Positions 13,285 through 25,540 of a DNA stretch of 64,000 nucleotides are shown here, in pieces. Position 1 is the first letter of the stretch. Each line of letters opens with the position of its first letter. The DNA comes from Eledone cirrhosa. Taxonomy: Eukaryota. The notes beneath the pieces are model-generated. The model saw only the letters and a program-made list of their open reading frames with translations, was not told the DNA's origin and ran no database searches. The position numbers and the translations under genes were made by a program. The stretch is taken from the NCBI GenBank assembly GCA_964016885.1, contig OZ024751.1, forward strand, positions 20,832,001 through 20,896,000, given 5' to 3'.

Positions 13285-13865
13285 CCATAAGATTTTCATT
13301 AGCAGAATATATATATATATATATATATATATAAAGATAGATAGATAGATTGAGGAAGACGAGGCTGTGTGCTATGTGCTTACTGATAACGAGTGTTAGA
13401 AGGTAAGGCGACACAAACAAGAGATGGAAAGTTTCCCTTCGTCAGCTGTTTACTACGGATCATGGAGGTTGCGGTCCATAGCGCGCCCATAGCCTTTTAT
13501 CTATCAGAAAGCCATGAAGGAAAGAAGTGATAGCCAAGAGAGAGAGAGAAAGAAAGAAAGAAAGAAAGAAAGAAAAGAAGAGAGAAGGAGGACCACATGA
13601 CAATGGCACATGTAAGAGAGTTCCGAAGAGAAAATAGATCAAGTAAAACAAAGCCGATGGGTTTAAACCCGGGGGCCATAATAACAAGGGAGCTCGGTAA
13701 ATCGGTGACTGTTCTCAGTAAAGTTAGTGCAGAGAGAGAGAGAGAGAGAGAGAGAAAGACGGAGAAACCGGAAGTGAGGGGGGGGGTGAGTGAGTATGAA
13801 GGATAGAGAGAGAGGGAGGAGAAGGGAAAGGGAGATAAACGAAAAGGGTTTACGACACACGTGCA

Positions 13866-13902
<37 letters not shown>

Positions 13903-13931
13903 TTAAGAATATTTTCGAAATATATATAAAA

Positions 13932-14041
<110 letters not shown>

Positions 14042-14265
14042 TTTGCCAGAGATGTCAACATGAATAGACCTGTTATTTTTATCTAAAGACATTTTTTCCA
14101 ATTCTAACCCACCCGTCCCCTCAATTTATATTATTTCTCATTCTTTCTTCAGATGAAGGACTAGCGTCCGTAACGTTAAGACCCTCTTCCTGCTATATTA
14201 AGCGCTAACCTAATATATCCTTTCCATACACTGTACCGATTGTGTTGTTATTTCTGTTTACCTTT

Positions 14266-14342
<77 letters not shown>

Positions 14343-14470
14343 ATATATGTGTATATATATATGTGTATATGTGTATATACGTATATATACATATATATAT
14401 AAATATATACACAATCCCTATATATATATATATATATATATGTATATGTATGTATAATGTATCTATCTAT

Positions 14471-15441
14471 CTAAGGCGGGTAAAATTCCCGAGATCCATG
14501 GACGAGTTCTCTCCAGCGGTCTCTGTCCCTCATTATCGCTGCCATATCCTGCATCTCCAACAGACCAGTGTCTGTCCTTAGGGCATCAACATATGTTAAC
14601 ATTGGTCTTCCTCTTCTAGTGTGTCCATGTAGGGGCTCCCAAAGGAGCACTGAGTGCAATGTCAACTCTGGATGTCGGTGAGCATGTCCAGCCAACCTCA
14701 GTCTCCTCTGTGTCACTTTTGAGCTGACTTTTGGGATGCTCCCATACAGCTCTGAGTTTTTCATCCTCAGTGTATATTGATTAATGTTCAGAGCCATCCT
14801 CAGCATTCTCGTGTAGCACCCATCCACCATCTGAGTGAGTTTCTTGGTCAGTGTCCAAGTCTCAGACCCATACAGCAGCACAGACTCCACTACAGCAATG
14901 AAGAGGCGGATTTTCAGGTCTCTACGAAGGTCCGACTTCCACACCGATCTCAAGCTGTGGCACGCCGCCCAGGCCTTGCTCTTCCTCTCAACCACACCAT
15001 CTTCCGTATTCCCAATCTTTGCTCCCAAATACAGGAAGTCCTCAACCAATTCCAGCGGCTTCCCGCCTACATTAGTGATCCCCTCTGGCTTCTCAACATT
15101 CTCTACCAGATATTTTGTTTTAGTCTCATTCATTCTCAGCCCCACACTCATCGACACAGTCTCAACCTCCCGCATCAAATCCTCTGCCTCCTTCACTGTA
15201 TTTGTCACCAAAACTATGTCGTCGGCAAATTCAGCATCCGATACCTTTTTCGCCCTAACTCTCCTGCTCTGAGCCGGTGCTACAGTAAAGCCAGAGTCCT
15301 GGTGTTTCTCCAGTGCAAGGCGCATACAATAGTCCACTACGATGATAAAAAGGTAGGGAGCCAATGTATCTCCCTGGAGCACTCCAGCCAGTATCTCAAA
15401 GAACTCTGTCATCCCATCAGGTGTAATGACTTGGGCTTTGT
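14471..15441 (-). mobile_element. 5'-truncated RTE-clade LINE: reverse transcriptase 3' half and C-terminus, open frame
   Basis: GVLQGDTLAPYLF (RT motif 4), FADD, FLYLG, VLLYGSETW, RRLRLAGH..R, RRGRP; the stop codon runs into a (TAGA) tail. Confidence 0.95.
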
Positions 15442-15615
15442 ATAATGTATATATAAATATATATATATATATATAAGGATGACATTAAGGTGATAACTGT
15501 GTTACGGGACCATACCATATATATATATATATATACATATAGGTGTGTGTGTATGTGAGACTGTTTGTGTGCGTTTGCATGCGTGCTGTATTATTTGTAT
15601 GTTTGTGGATTTGCG

Positions 15616-15800
15616 GTGGATTGGCAGTATCGGTAGAGGGTCGGACGCCATGCTTTCCAGCATAGTTACGTCTTTTTGCGATCTGAGTTCAAATCCCGCC
15701 GAGGTTGACTTTGCCTTTCATCCTTACGGGGTCGATAAATAAAGTACCAGTAATGCACTGAGTAATTGCTGGCCTTGTGCCTAAAGTAGAAACAATTATT
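15616..15800 (+). mobile_element. tRNA-derived SINE (major family)
   Basis: Near-identical to 5155-5338. Confidence 0.85.
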
Positions 15801-15844
15801 TGTATGTTTGTGTTATGTATGTGTGCATAGTATTATATTTATAT

Positions 15845-15966
15845 TTATTTTTACCCACCCCTACATGACCCCACCCTCAGGTCAACACGCATCAGGTAGA
15901 CCTATGATGAAAAGCTTTCCAACCGTGACCATCATTTCATTATTTGAACCTGCTCATTGAATTATT
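15845..15966 (+). repeat. Dispersed ~120-bp repeat (second copy 20285-20406)
   Basis: ATGACCCCACCCTCAGGTCAA..GTAGACCTATGATGAAAAGCTTTCCAACCGTGACCATC..CTCATTGAATTA occurs twice. Confidence 0.8.
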
Positions 15967-15974
15967 ATATTAGT

Positions 15975-16043
15975 TCGTCAAGAATGAAATTTGTAGAAAT
16001 TTGTTGTTTTTTTTTCTACAAATTTCATACTTGATGACCCAAT
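15975..16043. mobile_element. Tiny palindromic MITE-like element (second copy 36637-36711)
   Basis: GGGTCRTCAAGTATGAAATTTGTAG ... CTACAAATTTCATACTTGATGACCC inverted ends, mariner-like in style. Confidence 0.5.
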
Positions 16044-16302
16044 ATATGTGGCTGCGTATTCCGTAGACATTTAGCATCCATTCTGACAATGGGTATAGTA
16101 TATATATAATCAGACTTATTAACTGCTTAATGAACACTACACGGATATGGTCCGAACGTGGAAGAGCCGAACTCCCTCTCTCCGTATCGCCTCCATCTCT
16201 CTCGCCCTCCCCATCTCTCCGTATGGTGAGCAAATGGGGTCCCACGTGCTGGCCTCCCCACAGCCCCGGCGGACAGAATAGAGAACCCGTTTCCCCGGCG
16301 CT

Positions 16303-17320
16303 CGCTCAATAAATTAATATATTTGTGGCTGAGTATTCCGTAGACATTTAGCACCAATTTCTACAATGAGTGTTCTAATTTTTAGATTATCAAAGGAAGC
16401 ACACGCTCAATAAACTAATATATTTGTGGCTGAGTATTCCGTAGACATTTAGCACCAATTTCTACAATGAGTGTTCTAATTTTTAGATTATCAAAGGAAG
16501 CACACGCTCAATAAACTAATATATTTGTGGCTGAGTATTCCGTAGACATTAGCACCAATTTCTACAATGAGTGTTCTAATTTTTAGATTATCAAAGGAAG
16601 CACACGCTCAATAAACTAATATATTTGTGGCTGAGTATTCCGTAGACATTTAGCACCAATTTCTACAATGAGTGTTCTAATTTTTAGATTATCAAAGGAA
16701 GCACACGCTCAATAAACTAATATATTTGTGGCTGAGTATTCCGTAGACATTTAGCACCAATTTCTACAATGAGTGTTCTAATTTTTAGATTATCAAAGGA
16801 AGCACACGCTCAATAAACTAATATATTTGTGGCTGAGTATTCCGTAGACATTTAGCACCAATTTCTACAATGAGTGTTCTAATTTTTAGATTATCAAAGG
16901 AAGCACACGCTCAATAAACTAATATATTTATGGCTGAGTATTCCGTAGACATTTAGCACCAATTTCTACAATGAGTGTTCTAATTTTTAGATTATCAAAG
17001 GAAGCACACGCTCAATAAACTAATATATTTATGGCTGAGTATTCCGTAGACATTTAGCACCAATTTCTACAATGAGTGTTCTAATTTTTAGATTATCAAA
17101 GGAAGCACACGCTCAATAAACTAATATATTTATGGCTGAGTATTCCGTAGACATTTAGCACCAATTTCTACAATGAGTGTTCTAATTTTTAGATTATCAA
17201 AGGAAGCACACGCTCAATAAACTAATATATTTGTGGCTGAGTATTCCGTAGACATTTAACACCGTGTATTCTAATTCTAAGATTATCAAACGAAGTACTC
17301 GCTTAATAAACTAATATATA
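16303..17320 (+). repeat. 101-bp tandem satellite, ~10 units, homologous to a dispersed repeat segment
   Basis: GTGGCTGAGTATTCCGTAGAC (ATGG variant in three units) recurs at 16325, 16426, 16527, 16627, 16728, 16829 ... 17233. Confidence 0.95.
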
Positions 17321-17799
17321 TCGACAGACAATCGACTTTTCGTCAAATCGGACCGAGGAAACAGTGTTTCCATTGGTCTTTCTAATTACTTATACTATCT
17401 ATCGGTCGGTAATCCAGATAGAAGGAACAACGTGAAATAAAGTATCTTGCTCAAGGACATAACGCATCGTTCGGTCCAGGAATTGAATTCACAACCTCAC
17501 AATTGTGAATCTAATTCTCTAACCACTCAGCTACGCGGCGCCAGAGTATTCCGTAGACATTTAGCATCAATTCTGACGATGGCTATTCTAATTCTTAGCT
17601 TATCAAAGGAATCACTCGCTCATTGAACTGATGTTTATGTGGCTGAGTATTCCACAGACAGTTGCTGTCAGCATTGACGCTGAATATTCCAGCTCATCGA
17701 TTAAGAGTCCACCTTATAGTGCAAATGGATTATAGTAATCCTTAGCCTGACGAAGTGTGTCATCACTGTCTCTTTGATTTAAATCTACTGCTCTCTTCC

Positions 17800-17820
17800 A
17801 GTTAACACACACACACACCT

Positions 17821-17851
<31 letters not shown>

Positions 17852-19333
17852 GCTACACTTACACACACACATATACACATGCCTACACACACACATATAT
17901 TTAAATCTACTGCTCTCTTCCAGTTAACACACATACACACCTACACACACACACACACACATACACACACACACCTACACCTACACACACACATATACAC
18001 ACGCCTACACACACACATATACACACTCACACACATATACACACACACACCTACACCTACACACACACACATATATACACACGCCTACACACACATACAC
18101 ACACACACCTACACTTACACACACACACATATACACACGCCTACACACACATATATACACACACACACCACACACGCACACACATACACACACACCTACA
18201 CACCCACACCTACACACACACATATATACACACACCTACACACACAGCTACACACCTACACACACACCTATACACACGCCTACACATACACATATACACA
18301 CACACACACCTACACACACACACACATACACACCTACACCTACACACACCTACACAGACACACACAGATACACACACACACCTACACCTACAAACACATC
18401 CAATCCCATGCACACTCACATATACATACGCATACACATATAGATATGCACACACATGCATATACCTACGCATACACATATACATATACACACACATTAT
18501 ATACACATATACACACATCATATACACATACACACATCGTTTACACACGCACACTATATACACATATAGACACACACTTACATCCATACACATACACACA
18601 TCGAATACAAACACATCATACACACACACTTACATACATCCATACACATACACACACAGCATATACACACATAGACACACACTTACATACATCTATACAC
18701 ATACACACACATCATATACACACACAGATACACACTTACATACATCCATACACATACACATACAGCATATACACACATAGACACACACTTACAATCATCT
18801 ATACACATACACACACATCATATACACACACACATAGACACACACTTACATGCATCCATACACAGACACATACATACACAAACATATATATATAGACCTG
18901 AGTGTATATATATATATATATATACACATATATATACACTCCAAGACTGGTGTGTAAATAGCTCGGCCCGTCTAAAGATCAAAAGGATGGAAGACAAATC
19001 TAATTTTATTCAAACACATATTATATACACACATATTATATACACATACACACACATTATATACACATATACACACATCATATACACATATACACACATC
19101 ATATACACACATATACACATCATATACACACATATACACATCATATACACATATACAAACATCATATACAGACATATTAACATATTAACATAGTTACGCA
19201 CGCATCATATACACATATACACAACACATACACAAACACACACGCATCATATACATATATATCACATCATATGCACAAATACATACACCTCATATACTCA
19301 TATAAACACACTTACATATATCCATACACAAAC

Positions 19334-19383
<50 letters not shown>

Positions 19384-19591
19384 CTCAGTGTGTACACACA
19401 CCTCAGTGTGTGTACACACAGAGACGGCGGTGTGTAAATTCCTCGTTCTAACTAAAGAACAAAAAGTTTGGAAGATAAACCTAATTTTATTCAACTGTCG
19501 TGATTGTTAAAATGTCATAGGATTATTTTAGATTTTGACCAACAATTTCTCAAAGATAAATGCCAACACATACACACACACTCACACATAT

Positions 19592-19660
<69 letters not shown>
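17800..19660. repeat. (CA)n/(CATA)n degenerate microsatellite block
   Basis: Direct inspection. Confidence 0.9.
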
Positions 19661-19664
<4 letters not shown>

Positions 19665-19666
<2 letters not shown>

Positions 19667-19850
19667 ATTGTTTCTACTTTAGGCACAAGGCCAGCAATTA
19701 CCCAGTGCATTACTGGTACTTTATTTTATCGACCCCGTAAGGATGAAAGGCAAAGTCAACCTCGGCGGGATTTGAACTCAGATCGTAAAGGGACGTAACT
19801 ATGCTGGAAAGCATGGCGTCCGACCCTCTACCGATACTGCCAATCCACCA
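19665..19850 (-). mobile_element. tRNA-derived SINE (major family)
   Basis: Reverse complement of 5155-5338. Confidence 0.85.
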
Positions 19851-20127
19851 CCCTTTATATATATATAATAAAATAAAAGAAGGAGTGGTTACTCCTTCAT
19901 TACATTTATTGGTTGCTGACGCGCGTTTCGCCACTGATCAGCTCAAAGTTCGATCTGTGGTGAAACGCACGTCACCCACCAATAAACGTAATGAAGGAGC
20001 AACCACCCGTCCTTGTTTCATTCTATTATACTACACTCTGTCTAGCTCTACACTTCGACACAGAAGTGAACCTAAACATCGAGTGCTCACCCGGGTGAAC
20101 CTACAGTAACTCCACGTTACACTCCCT

Positions 20128-20224
<97 letters not shown>

Positions 20225-20570
20225 CGAATAAAATGAAGAAAGAGAAGCGGACCGTCAAAATATATTTATATTTATATTTTCGTTAATTTTTACCCAGCCC
20301 TATATGACCCCACCCTCAGGTCAAAACGCATCAGGTAGACCTATGATGAAAAGCTTTCCAACCGTGACCATCATTTCATTATTTGAACCTGCTCATTGAA
20401 TTATTACATGTGTATAAGGAGCTCTTACACATGTTACGCCCAAGCTGGGCTCCTCGGAGGCTCAGAGGAAAGTAAAGGGTTTAATTAGGAACCCTGAATG
20501 CGTATGAATACGATTTTAATATCGAAATTCATATCTCGGTGTTACAAAGTTATATATATGTATATATATA

Positions 20571-20737
20571 TCGTATTTCCCGATCTCCAAGATGCTACCA
20601 TTTTCATAAAATAACTCTCAGAAATCTACCATGCATCCTGGTGGTCGAAGGTTGTTTATTTGTTTTTTGAAAATTTTGGTTGTCAAAATTAGGGTGCGTC
20701 CTAGAGGACGAAGCGTCTTCGGCACCGGGAAATACGG
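20571..20737. mobile_element. pogo/Tigger-type MITE
   Basis: Ends TA-YCGTATTTCCCG ... CGGGAAATACGG-TA; imperfect ~25-bp TIRs and TA flanks. Confidence 0.7.
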
Positions 20738-20746
20738 TATATGTAA

Positions 20747-20950
20747 GAAACATTCGAGACCCCGACAGCTGAGTTCTTACTGTTTCAACAGCTAGATCCG
20801 AACTCTAGCTGTTGAAACGGCAACAGCTCAGCCGTCGGGGTCCAGAATTTTTCATATTTCCCATACTACTACCCCAAGTATCGAGTACTCTGGTGTATGG
20901 TTATTAATGGCCTAACTGGTTTTTACCGCCTACATTCTGATATAACTTCT
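20747..20950 (+). mobile_element. Fold-back element family C (copies 24942-25080, 40750-40832 tail only, 50129-50322, 54083-54228)
   Basis: Arms GACCCCGAC..GTTTCRAC / GTYGAAACGGC..CCGTCGGGGTC and shared tail CTACTACCCTAAGTATCGAGTACTCTG. Confidence 0.7.
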
Positions 20951-20973
20951 GCATCTATATATATATATATATT

Positions 20974-21404
20974 TAATTTGTTGGGATTCAACAAGCTTCA
21001 AAGTTTTATAACTGATATAAAGCACTCAACAAATTACTGGAGTAAATATTCAATATATAAATAAATGGAAACTATATTTATAAAACCATAATTATTTTAT
21101 TATATATATTTCAAGGGCAACCAAGGCAGTTTTGGTGCGCTTTCATCAGATAAAATACAAAATTTGTTTTATAAATGTTGACATACCCGTAGAAAAACAA
21201 CCTTGACAGTTGAAGGTTCGCTGGATAGTGAACCGTCAACCGTCAAGGTTGTTTTTCTACGGGTATGTCAACATTTATAAAACAAATTTTGTATTTTATC
21301 TGATGAAAGCGCACCAAAACTGCCTTGGTTGCCCTTGAAATATATATAATAAAATAATTATGGTTTTATAAATATAGTTTCCATTTATTTAATATCATTG
21401 AATA
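20974..21404. mobile_element. Fold-back Penelope-like remnant family D (direct copy ~49840-50097)
   Basis: ~160-bp inverted arms 21061-21219 and 21230-21389 between (TA)n tracts; hammerhead motif in each arm. Confidence 0.75.
21292..21356 (+). ncRNA. Type I hammerhead ribozyme motif
   Basis: TATTTTAT-CTGATGA-AAGCGCACCAA/loop/TTGGTTGCCCTT-GAAA-TATATA-TA-ATAAAATA; 8-bp helix I. Confidence 0.8.
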
Positions 21405-21406
21405 TA

Positions 21407-21438
<32 letters not shown>

Positions 21439-21678
21439 ATCGAAAAAGTTGATGAAAGAGAAGCAAGCCGTTAAAATACATTTATAAAAAGCTCTTACAC
21501 ATGTTTCACCTAATGAGGCTCTCCTGAGGCTTTTAAAAAAGTAAAGAATTTAATAATGAACCCTTCACGTCTATTTTAAAATCTTACTCATGCCCGTGCA
21601 GGGTTCTTTATTAAATTCTTTACTTTTTTAAAAGCCTCAGGAAACTTGGATGAAACATGTGTAAGAGATTTTTATAAT
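21439..21678. mobile_element. Degenerate fold-back element family G (related interrupted copy 20221-20500)
   Basis: Arms CTCTTACACATGTTTCA..GAGGC..AAAGTAAAGAATTTAATAA.GAACCCT and its reverse complement; GAAACATGTGTAAGAG hammerhead-like 3' half. Confidence 0.55.
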
Positions 21679-21692
21679 ACATATATATATTG

Positions 21693-22028
21693 TGACTGCC
21701 AACTCGTTTTCGAGTACGGCCACTACTTTATATCCATGTAGGAGAACTCCTACCGATGCGTATGACTTTTTAGTCCAGCCAGCGACTTGAAAACTCTGGT
21801 ACAAACACTACACTTGTGACAATTATAGACACATAGTGCTGGGCCCATGGTACCATGTGACGACAAGTGCAGAGAGATCTCCAGATATAAAGCAATGCCT
21901 GTGCCGTGAAGCTTTTATAGTGAGCAAAGGCACTGCACAAAGCCTGTCCCACTCTCTTAACCAAGATGATATTTACCAAAAAGAAGAACAAGTCAACATC
22001 ATTGGATACCATCAGGGTTGCCGGTGTT
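21693..22028 (-). mobile_element. RTE-derived non-autonomous retroelement (copies 34601-34930 plus, 50570-51075 minus)
   Basis: Three highly similar copies; sense strand (34601-34930 copy) encodes HKCSVCTRVFKSLAGLKSHTRSAHR*, the RTE-type terminal C2H2 finger, then a short UTR and (TATG)n tail. Confidence 0.75.
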
Positions 22029-22179
22029 ATAACATATATACACATAAACATATATACATGCAAACATATATACATACATATTTACATATATACACATATA
22101 CATACATATGTCCATACATACATACAGACACATACAATACATGTATAACGTATAAACAACAGTCTTTTACATCTACTAC

Positions 22180-23307
22180 GACCACCACCACTGCCACCAC
22201 CACCACCATCTTCACCATCATCATCATCATCATCATCATCGGCACCACCACCATCACCATTATCATCATTACCATCATCATCATCATTGCTAACATCAGT
22301 AAATTTGATATCCATAAGTGTAATGGAACGCTGTGAGAATCCGTAGTTGACATTGAATGGCGCTTGTTTTGGTTGGTTGTGGTGGTGGTGGTGGTCTTGG
22401 TGGTGGTAGTGGTGGTTGTGGTGGTGGTTGTGGTGGTAGTTGTGGTGGTAGTTGTGGTGGTTGTGGTGGTGTTAGTATAGTGGTGTTTGTGGTGGTGGTT
22501 GTGGTGGGGGTGGCTGTGGTGGTGATAGTGGTGGTAGTGGTGGTGGTGTTTTTCTTGTTGTTGGTGGTGGTGGTTGTGGTGGTGGTAGTGTGGTGATGGT
22601 TGTGGTGGTTGTGGTGGTGGTAGTGTGGTGGTGGTTGTGGTGGTGGTAGTGTGGTGGTGGTTGTTGTGGTTGTGGTGGTAGTTGTGATGGTGGTTGTGGT
22701 GGTGGTGGTTTTGTTGTTGTTGTTGGTGGTAGTGTGGTGGTAGTTGTTGTGGTGGTTGTGCTGGTTGTGGTGGGCGTTGTGGTGGTTGTGGTGGTGGTGG
22801 TGGTTGTGGTGGTGGTAGTGTGGTGGTGGTGGTGGTGGTGGTTGTGGTGGTGGTTGTGGTGGTGGTTGTGGTGGTTGTGGTGGATTTGTAGTGGTTGTGA
22901 TGGTTGTGGTAGTTGTGGTGGTGGTGGTGGTAGTGGTGGTGGTTGTTGTTGTGCTGTTTTGGCGCTTGTGGTGGGGTTTGTGGTCGTGATGGCAGTGGTG
23001 ATGGTTGTAGTGGCTGTGGTGGTGGTGGCGGTGGAGGTTCTTGTGGCGGTTATGGGTTTATTTGCAGAGTTGATTGTCGTTGTAGCGGCAAAAACAGCAG
23101 CAACAACGACGACAGCATCAAGGACAGCAACAACAGCAGCAACAACAACAACCACTACAATAACAACAACAGCAGCAATAACAACAACAGCAGCAACAAC
23201 AACAACAACAACAACAACAGCAGCAACAACGGCGTCAATGACATCAACGGCAGCAGCAAGAGCAATAACAACAACAGTAACAACAACAACAGCAGCAACA
23301 ACAACAA

Positions 23308-23378
<71 letters not shown>

Positions 23379-23541
23379 ACAATAGCAACAACAACAGCAG
23401 CAACAACGACAACAGCAACAACAACAGCAGCAACAACAACGACAACAAGAGCAGAAAGAACACAACAACAGCAGCAACAACAATAAACTCACCACCTGCA
23501 GCAACAGCAGTAACAATAACAACAACAATAGTAATAAGACA

Positions 23542-23579
<38 letters not shown>

Positions 23580-23600
23580 TACTACTACTACTACTCTAAC
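22180..23600. repeat. (CAT/CAC)n, (GGT/TGT)n and (CAA/CAG)n trinucleotide tracts
   Basis: Direct inspection. Confidence 0.95.
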
Positions 23601-24349
23601 AAATTTCATAGATCAATATAAATATATAACTGTTAAATCGTGTTCTAATTAAAATCCAGAAATGTGTATGTGTGTATGTGTATGTAAGTGTGTGTATGGA
23701 AGTGTGTGTGTGCATGTGTATGTGTGTTAAATGTATGTGTGAGCGTGTGTGCATGGATGTATGTGTGTGTGTGTCTTTGTGTTTAGATATATATATATAT
23801 AATAAATAAATATGTATATAGAGAGAGAGCGAGAATGTGTGTGTATATGTGTGCGCGTATGAATGTATGCGTCTGTAGATGTGTATATGTATGTGTATTT
23901 GTATATATATATATATATATATTTATATATGTCAGTGTATATGTATGTGTGTATGTGTGCATGTATGTGTGTGTATGTGAATATATATATATGTGATGGT
24001 GTATATGTGTGTATGTACGTGCGTGAACTCATTGAAAAGAGTATGTTAGCCACCACCACCACCACCACCATCACCACCACCATCATCATCATCATCATCA
24101 TCATCGTCATCATCATCATCATCAATATTATATTAATCTCGATGCAATGTGATTGTCTCTAATATTTTATAGACGAAAAATAGTCTGTGTGAAAGTGATT
24201 AAGTACTATTGACTTATAGAGATATAATGAGAGGCATGGTGGGAGATAGATAGATAGATAGATAGATATGTAGGTAGATAGATAGATATGAAGATAGATA
24301 TCTTTCTTTATTGATATGAAGATAGATAGATAGGTAGGTAAGTAGATAT

Positions 24350-24838
24350 ATTTCTTTATTTGCCACAAGGGCGCACAAGAAAAGGGGACAATACAAAGAC
24401 ACATGCCGGGGATTTTACATACAGTCGTGTAAAAAATATAAAAACAAACAATTACAACAATGGAAATCCCCAATAGGGGGGAGGCACCACAAATGGGTTG
24501 TTTAATACCCCGTCGATAGAACAACCCTCAACTTCAGGAGCGTGTTTTGCAAGTGCTCCCTTCTTCCTTTTGTTCTCTTCTTTAACCTACAGGCTTATAA
24601 ACAGAGGAGGCCCAATCATTCGGGCCATTTTCACTTCATTCACCCACCTTTCAGTAAATTTACTGGGGTACAGTGCCTCTCTCTCCACTCTGATTCTCCT
24701 TCTAAAGTGGTATCTAAAGAAGGGAATCAATTGTTGTCCGGAGAGAAAGGGATCTGTCCTCAGTCCTCTCAATCTCGTCCACCATATAACCTCTTTCACC
24801 ATAGCCACCGTACAGAGGAAAAGCGCCTCTCTTTCAAA
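24350..24838 (-). mobile_element. L1/Tx1-like LINE 3' fragment inserted in (TAGA)n
   Basis: KEVIWWTRLRG...F..RW resembles the IW..R / F...W C-terminus of L1/Tx1 ORF2; followed by a 3' UTR with AATAAA; (TAGA)n on both sides. Confidence 0.65.
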
Positions 24839-25540
24839 GTAGATAGATATGTAGATAGATGGTAGATAGATAAATACATAGAAATATATATACATACAGA
24901 GAGACAGATTGATAAATAGATAAATATATAGAAAGATAGATAGGAAAAGAGTCAGGACCCCGACGGCTGAACTCCGGCCGTTTCGACGGCTAGATCCGAA
25001 CTCCTTTTACCCACTCTACTACCCTAAGTATCGAGTACTCTGGTGTGTTATGGTCCACCTGGTATCTTACCACACCCTCTTTGTTGTAGAAAGATAGATA
25101 AATATATAGAGATTTATAGAGATTTATAGACAGATAGCTGGACAGGTTGATAAATCGATACATAAATACATAGACAGATTGATAAATCGATACATACATA
25201 AATCCATAAATACGTTATATTTTTATCTATTAGTCGGAGCTGGAAGTGCTTTGTGGATGGTCCTTTATCTATTTGCTATGGCAGCCCAGATTGGAGGGGA
25301 GTTAACCTGAAAGTTAACCTGAAACTGGAGAACTAGGCCGAATAATTGTGACAGAGGGGAGTTGGGAAAAGACACTCTAGGAGGAAGTGGTGGTGTTAAC
25401 CCAGACCATGGGTTAAGTCTGCTTCCCTCTCCACAAGAACTCAGAACGCAAAGAACTAAAATAAATACTGCAAGGTATCACATCCGACATTCCAACATTT
25501 CTGCCAATCTATTACTTTAAATTTATCGATCTCTCTAAAG

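Noticed and set aside
13425-13450. CTGACGA motifs at 13439-13445 (minus), ~17746, ~41071 and ~53984 as hammerheads
   Set aside because: No correctly placed GAAA-helix III-UH and helix I partner could be found
14777-15445. Plus-strand ORFs of 222 and 145 aa
   Set aside because: Antisense shadows of the RTE reverse transcriptase frame
16303-17320. Possible CRISPR array
   Set aside because: Entire 101-bp units are near-identical, with no unique spacers
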